The translations under genes and the position numbers were made by a program. A stretch of 51,088 nucleotides of DNA. It comes from Bacillales bacterium UBA2450 (GTDB lineage Bacteria > Bacillota_I > Bacilli_A > RFN20 > CAG-826). The stretch is from positions 46,891 to 97,978 of the forward strand of contig DDQE01000013.1 in the NCBI GenBank assembly GCA_002342545.1. The letters run 5' to 3'. The notes beneath the pieces are model-generated. The model had not been told where the DNA came from. It searched no databases and saw nothing but the letters and a program-made list of their open reading frames with translations. Below, in pieces: positions 25,316 through 35,894 of this stretch (the stretch's first letter is position 1; the number at the start of each line of letters is the position of its first letter).

Positions 25316-26650
25316 TTATTTGTAAAGGCTAATCCTATTACAACCAGATTCAATTTTTAGAGTGAATTTTTCGCTCTTCTCAGTCGGATAAATTGTATTA
25401 CTCATTGATAGTCCATTAACAAACACTTCAATTGAGTATTTATCTAAAACAATATAGATTTTTGTGTGATCTAATTTTCTATAAGGCATAATTCTTATGC
25501 CTTTTTTAGAATATTCGTCGACTTCCGCTCCGGTGATGGTTTCACCCGATTCACTCCTATCGAAGTAGATTTTGTCATCTTTTAAATATAATTTAGTGGA
25601 CTCTTTTGTCCCTTTCCTAAATTCGAAAGAAAAAGTTTTTAAATTTTCGATATCTAATTCAATAGTGCCGACGCTTAACTCACCTTCATATTCTTTTTCA
25701 AATGATTCTTCCAATACTTTTTGTCCGTAAATGATTGGAGTCTGAAGCATTAAGTTATCTTCAACATAAACTTTTCTAGGAACAGTTAACATACCAGCAA
25801 AACCATATTTAGAACTTGGAATAGTTCGATCCCACATATTAAGCCAGGCAATTAATATATGTTCCTTATCCATAATTTGAGGCGCATAAAAATCAAAGCC
25901 ATAGTCTATTAAAGTTTTATTAGAACTTGGAATAAATTTATAGTCTTTATTAAACGCTCCTAATTCATATTCACAAGAATGAATATTTAAGCAGTGATTA
26001 TTATCACTAGGGAAATTTTGTTCACAGTAAATTAATAATCCTAAATCTTCATGATAGTCTGCGCATTCAATCATCTCACCTTCAGATTTATGAGTTAAGA
26101 CATCACTTACAAAATTCCACTTCTTTAAATCTTGAGATTTATATAGAACAATTGCGCCACCATTGTTCACTCTTCTAGTGGCCACTAATAAATAGTAAAA
26201 GCCATCTTTATAAAAGAGTTTAGGATCTCTAAAATCACAAGGCTTATATTCTTTCGGTAAATCTTTGCCGGTAATAATTGCTCCGTGTTTAGTGAAATGA
26301 ACTCCATCTTTAGAAAACGCTAAACATTGGATTTGTTGTATTTTTTTTGGATCTTCATTGTTGATAAATCCAGTGTAGACAATATATAAAGTATCACCCA
26401 CTACTAGGCTAGTTCCGGAAAAGCAGCCATCTTTATCAAATTCATCTCCAGGAGTTAAAGCGTAAGGCAAATACTTCCAGTGCATTAAATCATCACTAAC
26501 GACATGCCCCCAATGCATTGGTCCCCACTCACAAGAATATGGATGGTGTTGGAAAAAGACATGGTATTGTCCTAAAAATTTAACAACACCATTAGGGTCA
26601 TTAATCCAGCCCTTTTCTCCAGTAATATGAAATATCGGTTTATTATTCAT
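25316..26650 (-). CDS. cytoplasmic GH32 beta-fructofuranosidase / sucrose-6-phosphate hydrolase-like enzyme
   Basis: 444 aa with no signal peptide. The motifs are GWINDPNG, FRDPK and IECADY. Confidence 0.9.
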   Translation of the reverse strand: MNNKPIFHITGEKGWINDPNGVVKFLGQYHVFFQHHPYSCEWGPMHWGHVVSDDLMHWKYLPYALTPGDEFDKDGCFSGTSLVVGDTLYIVYTGFINNEDPKKIQQIQCLAFSKDGVHFTKHGAIITGKDLPKEYKPCDFRDPKLFYKDGFYYLLVATRRVNNGGAIVLYKSQDLKKWNFVSDVLTHKSEGEMIECADYHEDLGLLIYCEQNFPSDNNHCLNIHSCEYELGAFNKDYKFIPSSNKTLIDYGFDFYAPQIMDKEHILIAWLNMWDRTIPSSKYGFAGMLTVPRKVYVEDNLMLQTPIIYGQKVLEESFEKEYEGELSVGTIELDIENLKTFSFEFRKGTKESTKLYLKDDKIYFDRSESGETITGAEVDEYSKKGIRIMPYRKLDHTKIYIVLDKYSIEVFVNGLSMSNTIYPTEKSEKFTLKIESGCNRISLYK

Positions 26651-29129
26651 TTGTGACCTTTTCTGCTAAAACATAATTAGATGGGATATCATTACTAGAT
26701 TCATAGTAAGTAATAAAATCATCAGCGAATAATAATCCCCAATCATCAGTCGCATTATCGACAATTCTAATTTGAATGTGTCGACCAATAAATTCGCTTA
26801 AATCAACTTTATATTCCGCCATATTAGCCGCGTAGAAGCCGTCTAAAGCTAAATCTTTTGGATAGCCTTGATAATAATAAGATTTAGTGATTTCTTTAAA
26901 TCTTTGATTATAAGTAGTTGCTAAAACATCACCAGTATCCGCATCAATAAATTCGACGTGACATAATTCTTTATTTTTACCGCCACCTAAGCGATAAGAA
27001 ACAAATCCACTACCACCTAAAGTAAACGAACTAGAAGTTAATGTACCAACGCTTTCTTCTTTAGCAACCCAGCCGTTTAAGAAGTAAGAGCCTTGTTTAT
27101 TATATAAGAAGCATTCATGCCACCAAGTATAATCTCTAGAAATGCCTAATATAGGATCTCCGTCTATTACCCAGCCACTCATATCACCAGTTTCAAAGGT
27201 GCCATTAGTGACTTGATATTCGGAAACGCTTTCTTTATATTCCAAAGCATTTGGATTTAATAAAGCTGATGAATCAATCGCGCTCATACTCTCATAATAA
27301 GTAATAAAGCTATCAACACACACTAATCCCCAATTACTAGTGGCCTTATCTACGACTTGGATTTTCACCTCTTTACCTAATAAGGAAGTTAAATCTGCTT
27401 TATAGAAGATCATATTCATTAAGTTTTCTCCATGTCCCACTCTTTCGGTTTCATCGTCAAGATCATTAAACATGAAGTTTGTAAATCTTAATAATTCTTC
27501 ATTAGTTGTCGCGTCAATAATAGAAACATAAACACTTAATGGGTCTCTTGCGCCTGACATTCTAAATGTCATATAGCCCACTCCACCAACTTTAAAGCTA
27601 CTTGAAGTTAATGTACCTGTACCGACTTCATTATTTTCTCCAGAGAAGAAATAAGTACCACGTTTATTAAATGTTAATCTAGGATTATTCCACCAATATG
27701 ATTTAGAGGAAATAACTCCAATATCAGTCTCATTCGTGGACTCTAAAGTCCAACCAGTTAAATCACCAGTTTCAAAAGTGCCGTTCACTGGTTGATATTC
27801 ATTAACTGGCTCTCTTTCATAAGTCGAAGCAATATCAATCTTATAGTATTCTTTATCCGTCCAAAATGGAGTGTCTTCGTAATAGGTTTCAAAACTATCA
27901 AAAGTCATGCAGCCTAAATCATCTGCGCTTGTGTTATTATCCACGATTTCGATATATAAACTTTCTCCAACATATTCACCTAAATCAATATAATATTGGA
28001 CCATATTTAAAAGGTGCATCTTCATTGGAATAAATGGGAATTGTTCATTTTTATATTGAACGTTAGAAACTTTAGCAACTTCAATAGGCTCTCCCCCATT
28101 AACCGCCATAAAGCGGATATAAGTTAAAGCTTGTTCCTGGCATCCTCCTAACTTAAAGGAAATAAATCCTTTTCCACCTAATTCAAATATCGATGAGCAG
28201 AGAATACCTGTCGCACTTGGTTTATAGTGACCGTAATGATATTTACCATCTTTATTATAGGTAATATATTCGTTCCACCAGCCATTTTCGACATTTACTC
28301 CTTCGTTAGAGAAAGCTTCTCCTTCAACAACTGTCCAGCCACCTAAAGAGCCAATTTCGAAATCAGGGTTCTTGATATGATATTTATCAATAGCCTCCAC
28401 ATCGTCTATATATTCACGCGATTTTGTGTAATATGCCCCTTCAGTTTGTGCGCCTACATAACCAACACGAATATCATCAACACTTAAATAGCCATAGTAA
28501 ACATCTTTATCGTTATCGACAATACGAACATAGACTTCTTGATTAGCGTATTCCTCTAAATCAATCGTATATTCATAGAAATTATCAGTGTTGTAATAGT
28601 TATTGTTATATTTACTTGCTTCAACATATTCTGTATGTTGCTTAAAGAATTTATTTGTTTGTTTAGCAATCATTTGATCGCTAGAGGCTAAATAAACTCC
28701 AAAATAACAAATTTCTTGTTCGTTTTTAAGTGGAGAATCATCATATTTACCTTTTCTAGTCGCCCCACCAGCGAGTTTCACTGTAATTAAACCATCATTA
28801 TCTAAATAGAAATTATTACTTCTAATAGAACCCACTCTCGCGTGAGAGTATGCTAAATCATAACCTTGACCAGATAAATACCAGTTTCCCGTCTTTTTAA
28901 TATCGAGTCTATTGTGTTCAGTATCATCATCAAAGGTAAAATAGGTTCTAGAAGACACTGAATCATCAGTGTAGGCATCACCATATTCCACAGTCCATCC
29001 ACTTAAATCAGAGGTTTCAAATCCTCCGTTTAATACAGAATGATTGATAACTTTAGAACTAGATGAGCCACATCCAACTAAAGGAATAGCAAATAGGCTA
29101 ATAAACAAAGTTTTAATATATTTATTCAT
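26643..29129 (-). CDS. lipoprotein made of four tandem ~200-aa modules (putative carbohydrate-binding)
   Basis: The lipobox is LVGC. The start was set at the second ATG (29129), 8 nt from AGGAGG. There are four repeats, each NG.FE.GDL.GW ... L.S..F.LGG.G.ISF.LGG ... DL.EY.G..V.I.IVDN....WG....D.F.TYYE. Confidence 0.8.
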   Translation of the reverse strand: MNKYIKTLFISLFAIPLVGCGSSSSKVINHSVLNGGFETSDLSGWTVEYGDAYTDDSVSSRTYFTFDDDTEHNRLDIKKTGNWYLSGQGYDLAYSHARVGSIRSNNFYLDNDGLITVKLAGGATRKGKYDDSPLKNEQEICYFGVYLASSDQMIAKQTNKFFKQHTEYVEASKYNNNYYNTDNFYEYTIDLEEYANQEVYVRIVDNDKDVYYGYLSVDDIRVGYVGAQTEGAYYTKSREYIDDVEAIDKYHIKNPDFEIGSLGGWTVVEGEAFSNEGVNVENGWWNEYITYNKDGKYHYGHYKPSATGILCSSIFELGGKGFISFKLGGCQEQALTYIRFMAVNGGEPIEVAKVSNVQYKNEQFPFIPMKMHLLNMVQYYIDLGEYVGESLYIEIVDNNTSADDLGCMTFDSFETYYEDTPFWTDKEYYKIDIASTYEREPVNEYQPVNGTFETGDLTGWTLESTNETDIGVISSKSYWWNNPRLTFNKRGTYFFSGENNEVGTGTLTSSSFKVGGVGYMTFRMSGARDPLSVYVSIIDATTNEELLRFTNFMFNDLDDETERVGHGENLMNMIFYKADLTSLLGKEVKIQVVDKATSNWGLVCVDSFITYYESMSAIDSSALLNPNALEYKESVSEYQVTNGTFETGDMSGWVIDGDPILGISRDYTWWHECFLYNKQGSYFLNGWVAKEESVGTLTSSSFTLGGSGFVSYRLGGGKNKELCHVEFIDADTGDVLATTYNQRFKEITKSYYYQGYPKDLALDGFYAANMAEYKVDLSEFIGRHIQIRIVDNATDDWGLLFADDFITYYESSNDIPSNYVLAEKVTNE

Positions 29130-29141
29130 ACTCATAGCCTC

Positions 29142-31682
29142 CTAGTTATAATCCGCTAAATTGCCAACGTTACCATAATAAGCAGGCTCTACTTCATCTT
29201 TAAAGCAGCCTTTCATTTGCGTAACTTTGAATTTAGTAATAGACATATTGCCACCATTATCGAATAAGGAAATATAATCACTATCTCCATATTTTGGATA
29301 AATACGAGTGGTAATAGTCTCAATATCATTAATGTATATTTCTAACATTGAACGGTCGACTAAAATACGAACGTTAAATTCTTTTGTGTTTACTGGTAAA
29401 TGCCATGTATCAGATGTATCGATATAGTCGATGGTTGTAGATAATAAACGGTCGACAAAGACTTTGTCAGTGTTATCTGTATAGGCAGTCTTTTCAAATT
29501 TAATGGCCGTTCTTTCTGTACCCATATAGTTATCATTTGGGTTATATCTTACGTAAATTCCACTAATATAGTTATCTGAAGGATTTAAGGAGAAAGTCGC
29601 TTCAATTTGATACATATCGCTTCTCACATTTTTAAGTTCTTCAGCAAGTTCAGAAGCAGATTTACCACTTCCTTCATATTCAAATAAAGTTTCTTTATAT
29701 AAAGTGTCAATAGCGTTCACTGGTCTTCTAATAACATCTTTTCCATTCGGGGCTAAGAAGATTTCTACTGGCATCGCAAAGTTATGCGCCCAGCCCGCAA
29801 TCTTATTTTGATTTGTACCAGCGGATTTACCTTGGGCAATCGCATAAATCACTGTGTGCCCATCTTCATAATTTGAGATACCCGCTGCTCTTTCTTCATC
29901 AGTTAAATAAGTAAATCCAGTTTGACCAGTCCAAATGCCTTTGCCATGGTCAAATAATCTTGGTTTAGGATCATCAGGAATAAATCTACATGTGTCTTTA
30001 TTAAATGTTCCAATCCAGTAATATGTATCAACAACATATCCAGAAACTGTATATTGAGGAGAATCCATAAAGATATATTTAGTCACACTCTTATCTTCAG
30101 TAGAAATAGGAAGCATGACACAACATTCCCAGTGTTTTCCTTGTTCTGGATAATCTTGATAACTCACTTCAAAAGTGAAACCTTTATATTCCCAGTTTCT
30201 CATATCAGTAGATCTATACATATTAGTGGATCCACCATGAGATTGATCCCAGTCAGCAGCAACAGAAGTCGACACCATCATGTAATAATACGGAGCATCA
30301 TACCAAATAAATGGATCTCTAAATTCTTCTATCTTTCCTTGAGACCAGTCACTTGGTTGAACTAGAGTATTAACATCTTCAACATACCAATCGGTTAAAT
30401 ACGGATCGTTAGGATCAACTGGATGAACATAACACACTGATTGATGTGAGAATTTTGATGATTCTTCATAGTCTATATAGGTAGTTCCTGCAGTAATTGT
30501 TAACCAAGGGACCCCGTCTGGACCAATAACTGAACCTCCAGTCCACGCTCCTTCTGGGCAAGCTGGCTTAGTAGGAGCGACTGCGTCTTTAACATAACGC
30601 CAGTGAATCATATCTGGAGAACAAATATGAGCCCATCTAATTTGAGACCAATAAGGTCCAATTGGGTTATGTTGATAAAAGACGTGATACATGCCCTTAT
30701 AATAAATTGGGGCGTGAGGTTCATTCATCCACACTGCTGGAGGAATCGCATGATATTGCGGTCTAAATCGATCTCCATCATAGACACTACTATCAAGTTG
30801 AACTTCGCTAAATGGTAAAGTTGGAACTTTGCCGTTATCAGAGTAACGTGTAAATAAATAATTCATTTGTTTTGGGGTCATAGACTCATGATATACTTCT
30901 GCTTCATCCACTAACGCAGAAGGCATTTGTCTAGGAACACCAAATTCGTAAATGGTAGAGCAGTAATAACCAAAATATAAAGGCTTTGTGCTACTAACAA
31001 TCTCTGTATTTTCTAAATCAGGAATTAAAGATTCATAAGCGACTTGACCGTTAAAAGTTAGACAAATATAACCTTTATCTCCATCATAAGTAGCGGAAAT
31101 ATGACTCCATTCATATAAAGGTAAAGCGTTAAGTGGGTCATAATATCCAACGAATACCTTTTGACCGGTAGTCTTATTTATCAAATTCATTTGTAAACCC
31201 CATAAACCGAGTCTACCATAGCCAAATAAGAATCCTTCTTCAGCTTCCATATGACCCCAGTTAAATAGGGAAGTCATTCTAGGATGACCTCGAGCAATGG
31301 TGTCGTTACCGTATCTATTTAAATTTTCAAAGCCACGTGGAGCAACCCAAGTAGAGAATGTAATTTTATTAGTAGGACCAGTATAATCACTCATTTCAAT
31401 GCGAGTAGAAAAGCCGTCCATATATAAGGATTTACCAGAGACACCTTGTTTTTGAAGTGGATCATTAGGTTTTTTAAATAATGATTCCTCGTTTTCTTTA
31501 GAGAAAACATAATCGATATAACGATCTTTTTTCGCTCCTGAATCTCTTGTATAACTATCTTTAGTGCTTTCAAAAGAGAAACTCACCACCGCAGTAGTTT
31601 CTTTATCTACTGCATTAGAACAGCCTCCAAGAGTTAATGAACAAATATAAGCAAATAAAGGTAACAAATTTCTTTTTCTCAT
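29142..31682 (-). CDS. GH32 family lipoprotein with an N-terminal LamG/ConA-like domain
   Basis: The lipobox is LGGC. A LamG-like segment follows (GKSLYMDGFSTRIEM...FSTWVAP). The GH32 blocks are YHAIPPAVWMNEPHAPIYYKGMYHVFYQHNP, FRDPFIW and HWECC. Confidence 0.85.
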   Translation of the reverse strand: MRKRNLLPLFAYICSLTLGGCSNAVDKETTAVVSFSFESTKDSYTRDSGAKKDRYIDYVFSKENEESLFKKPNDPLQKQGVSGKSLYMDGFSTRIEMSDYTGPTNKITFSTWVAPRGFENLNRYGNDTIARGHPRMTSLFNWGHMEAEEGFLFGYGRLGLWGLQMNLINKTTGQKVFVGYYDPLNALPLYEWSHISATYDGDKGYICLTFNGQVAYESLIPDLENTEIVSSTKPLYFGYYCSTIYEFGVPRQMPSALVDEAEVYHESMTPKQMNYLFTRYSDNGKVPTLPFSEVQLDSSVYDGDRFRPQYHAIPPAVWMNEPHAPIYYKGMYHVFYQHNPIGPYWSQIRWAHICSPDMIHWRYVKDAVAPTKPACPEGAWTGGSVIGPDGVPWLTITAGTTYIDYEESSKFSHQSVCYVHPVDPNDPYLTDWYVEDVNTLVQPSDWSQGKIEEFRDPFIWYDAPYYYMMVSTSVAADWDQSHGGSTNMYRSTDMRNWEYKGFTFEVSYQDYPEQGKHWECCVMLPISTEDKSVTKYIFMDSPQYTVSGYVVDTYYWIGTFNKDTCRFIPDDPKPRLFDHGKGIWTGQTGFTYLTDEERAAGISNYEDGHTVIYAIAQGKSAGTNQNKIAGWAHNFAMPVEIFLAPNGKDVIRRPVNAIDTLYKETLFEYEGSGKSASELAEELKNVRSDMYQIEATFSLNPSDNYISGIYVRYNPNDNYMGTERTAIKFEKTAYTDNTDKVFVDRLLSTTIDYIDTSDTWHLPVNTKEFNVRILVDRSMLEIYINDIETITTRIYPKYGDSDYISLFDNGGNMSITKFKVTQMKGCFKDEVEPAYYGNVGNLADYN

Positions 31683-31697
31683 ATTTAATCGTCCTTT

Positions 31698-32621
31698 CTA
31701 CATCTTAAGTCCAGCAGTGCCAAATCCTTTGACGATATATTTCTGCGCTGCGACATATAATATAAATATTGGTAAAGTTGTAATCACTAACGCTGCCATA
31801 ATTTGACCGGTAGTGATACCATCAGAGCTAGTAATAATATTGACCGCGTATTGAATTGGATATAACGGCCAACCCGAGGTTCCTCTATTATCCACAACTA
31901 AGCTTGGCCACACATAATCGTTCCACACACCAATAAAGGTGAAAACTGCAGTAGTCGCCACAATTGGTTTAGATAATGGAAGAATTAAATTAAAGAACAT
32001 TCTTACTCTACCTGCTCCATCAATATGCATTGCTTCTTCATATTCTTTAGGAATCGAAGAGAAGAATTGGGTATATAAGAAGATATTAAAGACGGAAATA
32101 ATACTTGGTATCACTATCGCTATTATCGAGAAGAATCCTTTATTTAGATGTAATAAATCCTGAACGATAGATAAAAGAGGAATAATACTTGTCTCTACCG
32201 GGACTACCATTAAGAAAATAATGATAAAACTGAAGAATCCTTTAGCAGGGAAATGGAATTTTGCTAATACATATCCCGCTAATCCATTTACTAAGGTATT
32301 TAAAACAATAACAACTAAACAATAAATTAAACTGTTAATCGCATATGTCCAAATGTGGTATCTTTCACCAAACACCACCGCATAGTTATCAAAGAATACA
32401 CTTAAGTTAGTGAAATCAGGGATAAACATTAAGAAAGTTCCATTAGAGGTTGCAACCGCAGCTTCACTCTTAGTGGAAGCGGCAAGCATATATAAAAGAG
32501 GAAGAATGAATAATAAAGATAAAGCAGTGCCAGTTAGATAATAAATAACTGAATAAATAATCTTTTTCTTTGATTTTTTAGAGCGAACAAAATTAGGATC
32601 GTTAAGATATCTCTTTTTCAT
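31698..32621 (-). CDS. carbohydrate ABC transporter permease (MalG-like)
   Basis: The start was moved to MKKRYLNDPN (ATG 32621, TAATG overlap with the upstream stop). It has six TM segments and the EAA loop EEAMHIDGAGRVRMFFNLILP. Confidence 0.9.
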   Translation of the reverse strand: MKKRYLNDPNFVRSKKSKKKIIYSVIYYLTGTALSLLFILPLLYMLAASTKSEAAVATSNGTFLMFIPDFTNLSVFFDNYAVVFGERYHIWTYAINSLIYCLVVIVLNTLVNGLAGYVLAKFHFPAKGFFSFIIIFLMVVPVETSIIPLLSIVQDLLHLNKGFFSIIAIVIPSIISVFNIFLYTQFFSSIPKEYEEAMHIDGAGRVRMFFNLILPLSKPIVATTAVFTFIGVWNDYVWPSLVVDNRGTSGWPLYPIQYAVNIITSSDGITTGQIMAALVITTLPIFILYVAAQKYIVKGFGTAGLKM

Positions 32622-33607
32622 TATTTCTTCTTCTCCTTTAGAAGCTGCCTTTGTAAGAAGGTAATAGAGCCTATGACAATAGTCATAAGTAACGCCACCG
32701 CACACGATAATCCAACATTACCGTATTTTTGGCCTTGGTTATACATATATAAACTTAAAGTGACACTACCAGGATAGACGCCTTGATCTAATAACATTGG
32801 TTGAATTAAAACACGACACGCTCCAATAAAAACAGTAATCAAAATAAATAACATTGTTGGTCTAAGTCCTGGAATAGTGACTGTTTTAAATCTTTGGAAT
32901 GAATTTGCCCCATCTACTCTAGCGGCCTCATATAAATCTTTTCTAATATTTCCTAAAGCAGAAAGGAATATTAACATTTGATAGCCACATCCTTGCCAAG
33001 CAGAGATCGCAATCATCCAACCTAAAATCTTGTCGGTTCCTAAGAAATCTTGATTAGGGATTCCAAAATTAGCGAGGATAGAATTCATAATGCCATCCGG
33101 TCTATTAGCTAATACTTCTCTCCAGAAGAAAGCAGTAACTGATAAAGAAACCGCAACTGGAGCAAAGAAACATACTTTAAAGATTGTTGTACCTCTTCTT
33201 TTATTGTTAACAAATAAGGCTAAACCTAAGGCTAAACCAATTTGAATTGGGACGACAAAGACCACGAAGATGGCGGTATTTTTTATCGCATGATAGAAAT
33301 CACCTTTAATTTGGAATTCACTTATTAAATCTCTAAAGTTACCAAATCCATCTCCACCAGCAAGGCTAATGTTATTTGGATCACCAAGCGTGTAATTTGT
33401 AAAAGAAAAACCTAAAGAAGTAATAATCGGTAATAGCACTAAAAAGAACGCTAATACCACACTAGGGGCAAGTAAAACGAAAGCCATAATTACTTCACCC
33501 TTATGGTATTTATAATGCGATTTTCTATTCTTTATAAAGTCTTTGATGAAAACAGCCAAGAAAATGACTATAAATGCAGCAAAAACATAAAGAGCTATTA
33601 ACGCCAT
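32621..33607 (-). CDS. carbohydrate ABC transporter permease (MalF-like)
   Basis: 328 aa with the EAA loop EAARVDGANSFQRFKTVTIPGLRP. Confidence 0.9.
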   Translation of the reverse strand: MALIALYVFAAFIVIFLAVFIKDFIKNRKSHYKYHKGEVIMAFVLLAPSVVLAFFLVLLPIITSLGFSFTNYTLGDPNNISLAGGDGFGNFRDLISEFQIKGDFYHAIKNTAIFVVFVVPIQIGLALGLALFVNNKRRGTTIFKVCFFAPVAVSLSVTAFFWREVLANRPDGIMNSILANFGIPNQDFLGTDKILGWMIAISAWQGCGYQMLIFLSALGNIRKDLYEAARVDGANSFQRFKTVTIPGLRPTMLFILITVFIGACRVLIQPMLLDQGVYPGSVTLSLYMYNQGQKYGNVGLSCAVALLMTIVIGSITFLQRQLLKEKKK

Positions 33608-33619
33608 AAACCTTCCTTT

Positions 33620-34909
33620 TTACTTTAATCTACTTAATTCTTTTTCTAAGTATTGAGCAGCGTCATCAACTGATTTATCAACGCCATAATCTTTTAAATA
33701 TTTAATTGCTCTACCAAACGCTGAAGAGAATTGAGCGTAGCCAACAGTCTCTGGGCGTTGAACACTAGTTTTATTTAATTGTTGTAATAAAACATCTTCA
33801 GCAGATCCAGGATTAGCATAGCCAACTTGAGCTTCTTTATTCGCAGGAATCATACCTGTATGTTGGGTAATGACTTTAGATGATTTTGCATTAGTAATGT
33901 ATTTTAATAAAGTCACAACATTACTCTTATCGGTACGAGGGTTATTTCCAATTGCATAGCTCCAAGAACCATTACAGCTAACAGCGGTGCCGTCATCGGC
34001 TTTTGGATAAGGTAATAATCCCCAAGAGTTTCTATCTGGGAAATATTGTCCCCATTTCACATGGTTATCTAATTCTGGGATAGTCCATCCACTAGATAAA
34101 TACATACCAACTTGGTGAGTAAAGAAATCTTGAGCACCATAGTTAGTACCGGTATAACCGTTATCAAGTAAATCTTTAAGGAATTGGAAGCCTTTCTTAC
34201 TATTAGCGCTATTAAAGTAATTTAAAGCGTGTAAACCAGTGCTATCAACAAATGATCCACCACAAGAATAAATGAATGGATAAAGTAAATATGTTGCTGT
34301 TTCATCAGCGGTCGCATCAAGTCTCATATCAACCGCGCCTTTTAATCCTGGAAGAGCCTTAAGTTTTGCACAAGCCTCTTTAAATTGAGAGAATGTCCAA
34401 GGATTATCAACAGTGATACCACTAACATCAATGCCAGCTCTATTAAACATGTCTTTGTTATAGTAGAATCCAGCACTACTTTCTTGGATAGGGATTCCGA
34501 ATAATTTACTTTGGTATCTATTTAAAGCCACAAAGTTATCTTGTTCAGTAGTAGAAAAGCTACTAGATAAATCATATAAATAACCATTTTTAGCGTAATA
34601 CGCACATTTAGGAGCGTCGAATGTAAATAAATCTGGTAATGTGTTCTTTCTTTTGTCGTTATCTAATTGAGTTTCATAGATGCCACCACTTCTAGCAACA
34701 AATTCAAGATCCACTCTAATTTTGCCGTTATTCTCACGGTTAAAAGCGGTAATTATTTCTTTATAACCGTTTCCTTCTTCTGAACCTTCGTCAACGTGGA
34801 CTCTCATGGTTAATCTAGTGTTATCAGTGTAATCAACATCAGGTTCTCCACATCCCACTAACGATAAAGTCATCGCTGCTAAGGGGACTAATAATACTTT
34901 CTTATTCAT
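33620..34909 (-). CDS. ABC transporter sugar-binding lipoprotein (family 1 SBP)
   Basis: The start was moved to MNKKVLLVPLAAMTLSLVGC (lipobox) with GGAGG 9 nt upstream. Confidence 0.9.
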   Translation of the reverse strand: MNKKVLLVPLAAMTLSLVGCGEPDVDYTDNTRLTMRVHVDEGSEEGNGYKEIITAFNRENNGKIRVDLEFVARSGGIYETQLDNDKRKNTLPDLFTFDAPKCAYYAKNGYLYDLSSSFSTTEQDNFVALNRYQSKLFGIPIQESSAGFYYNKDMFNRAGIDVSGITVDNPWTFSQFKEACAKLKALPGLKGAVDMRLDATADETATYLLYPFIYSCGGSFVDSTGLHALNYFNSANSKKGFQFLKDLLDNGYTGTNYGAQDFFTHQVGMYLSSGWTIPELDNHVKWGQYFPDRNSWGLLPYPKADDGTAVSCNGSWSYAIGNNPRTDKSNVVTLLKYITNAKSSKVITQHTGMIPANKEAQVGYANPGSAEDVLLQQLNKTSVQRPETVGYAQFSSAFGRAIKYLKDYGVDKSVDDAAQYLEKELSRLK

Positions 34910-34925
34910 AACTAATTTCCTCCAA

Positions 34926-35894
34926 TTATTTAGTTGTTTCACCTTTTATGAATCGGCAGTTGAATTTCGATAGTGATTCAACTTCTTTGCCGTTAATTTT
35001 ATCGATTAATAATTCGACACATTTCTTCGCCATCACATCTAGTGGCTGTTCTAGAGTAGAAATATGATGGACATCATCTAATGCAAATTCTCCGTCATAC
35101 GACACCATTTGTATGTCTTCTGGAGTTTTAATTCCCGTTAATTTCATTCTGTTATATAGGAGAGTGGCTAATGTACAACCTGAGACAAATACTCCATCAA
35201 ACTCTTTATAGGAATTAAATAATTCATCAATCAATTTCTTTTCTTCGCCGTGCCCCACATTTTGATTCACAATCATTAGTGGCATATTATGTTCTTTACA
35301 AACATCTTCGTATGCTTTTTCTCTTAAAGAAACTTCGCTTAATTGATTTGGTTTGGTTCCTAAATAGGCAATTTTCTTACATCCTTTTTCAATTAAATAC
35401 TCAATTGCTTTTTTAGTGGATTCGTAGTTATCAGTAGTGACAACTGGAATATTTTTTCCTAAGTGTCTATCAATTGAGACAATCGCTAAACCTTTAAATT
35501 CTTCTTCTTGGTGTTCGTAGTGAGTGACGAATAAGGCTCCATCAGCTTCACCTTGTTGAAGTCTTCTTAAGATTTCATGTTCTTTTTCTATACGATGTTG
35601 ACTAGTAGCGAGTAATAAGGAATATCCTTTTTTATCAGCCTCAATTTCTAAGTTAGAGACAAGTCTAGCAAAGAAGGGATGATCGATAACTGGCACTAAA
35701 ACCGCAATAACATAGCTTTTCTTTTGTGAGAGTCTTTTTCCCGCGACATTAGGAACATAATCAAGTTCTTTAATCGCCTTTAATACTTTTTTTCTAGTCG
35801 CTTCAGAAATCTGAGGAGAATTATTAAGAACTCTAGAAACAGTCCCTATTCCCACTCCCGATTTAGCGGCTACTTCTTTTATTGTCGCCCCCAT
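34926..35894 (-). CDS. LacI-family transcriptional regulator
   Basis: The N-terminal HTH is ATIKEVAAKSGVGIGTVSRVLNN. The rest is a periplasmic-binding-protein-like sugar domain. Confidence 0.9.
   Translation of the reverse strand: MGATIKEVAAKSGVGIGTVSRVLNNSPQISEATRKKVLKAIKELDYVPNVAGKRLSQKKSYVIAVLVPVIDHPFFARLVSNLEIEADKKGYSLLLATSQHRIEKEHEILRRLQQGEADGALFVTHYEHQEEEFKGLAIVSIDRHLGKNIPVVTTDNYESTKKAIEYLIEKGCKKIAYLGTKPNQLSEVSLREKAYEDVCKEHNMPLMIVNQNVGHGEEKKLIDELFNSYKEFDGVFVSGCTLATLLYNRMKLTGIKTPEDIQMVSYDGEFALDDVHHISTLEQPLDVMAKKCVELLIDKINGKEVESLSKFNCRFIKGETTK

Noticed and set aside
26338-26349. An A8 homopolymer (T8 on the plus strand) inside the cytoplasmic GH32 gene as a phase-variation tract.
   Set aside because: It is in frame, encoding PKKI. 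A single occurrence in an AT-rich genome, with no evidence of length variation, does not support a claim.
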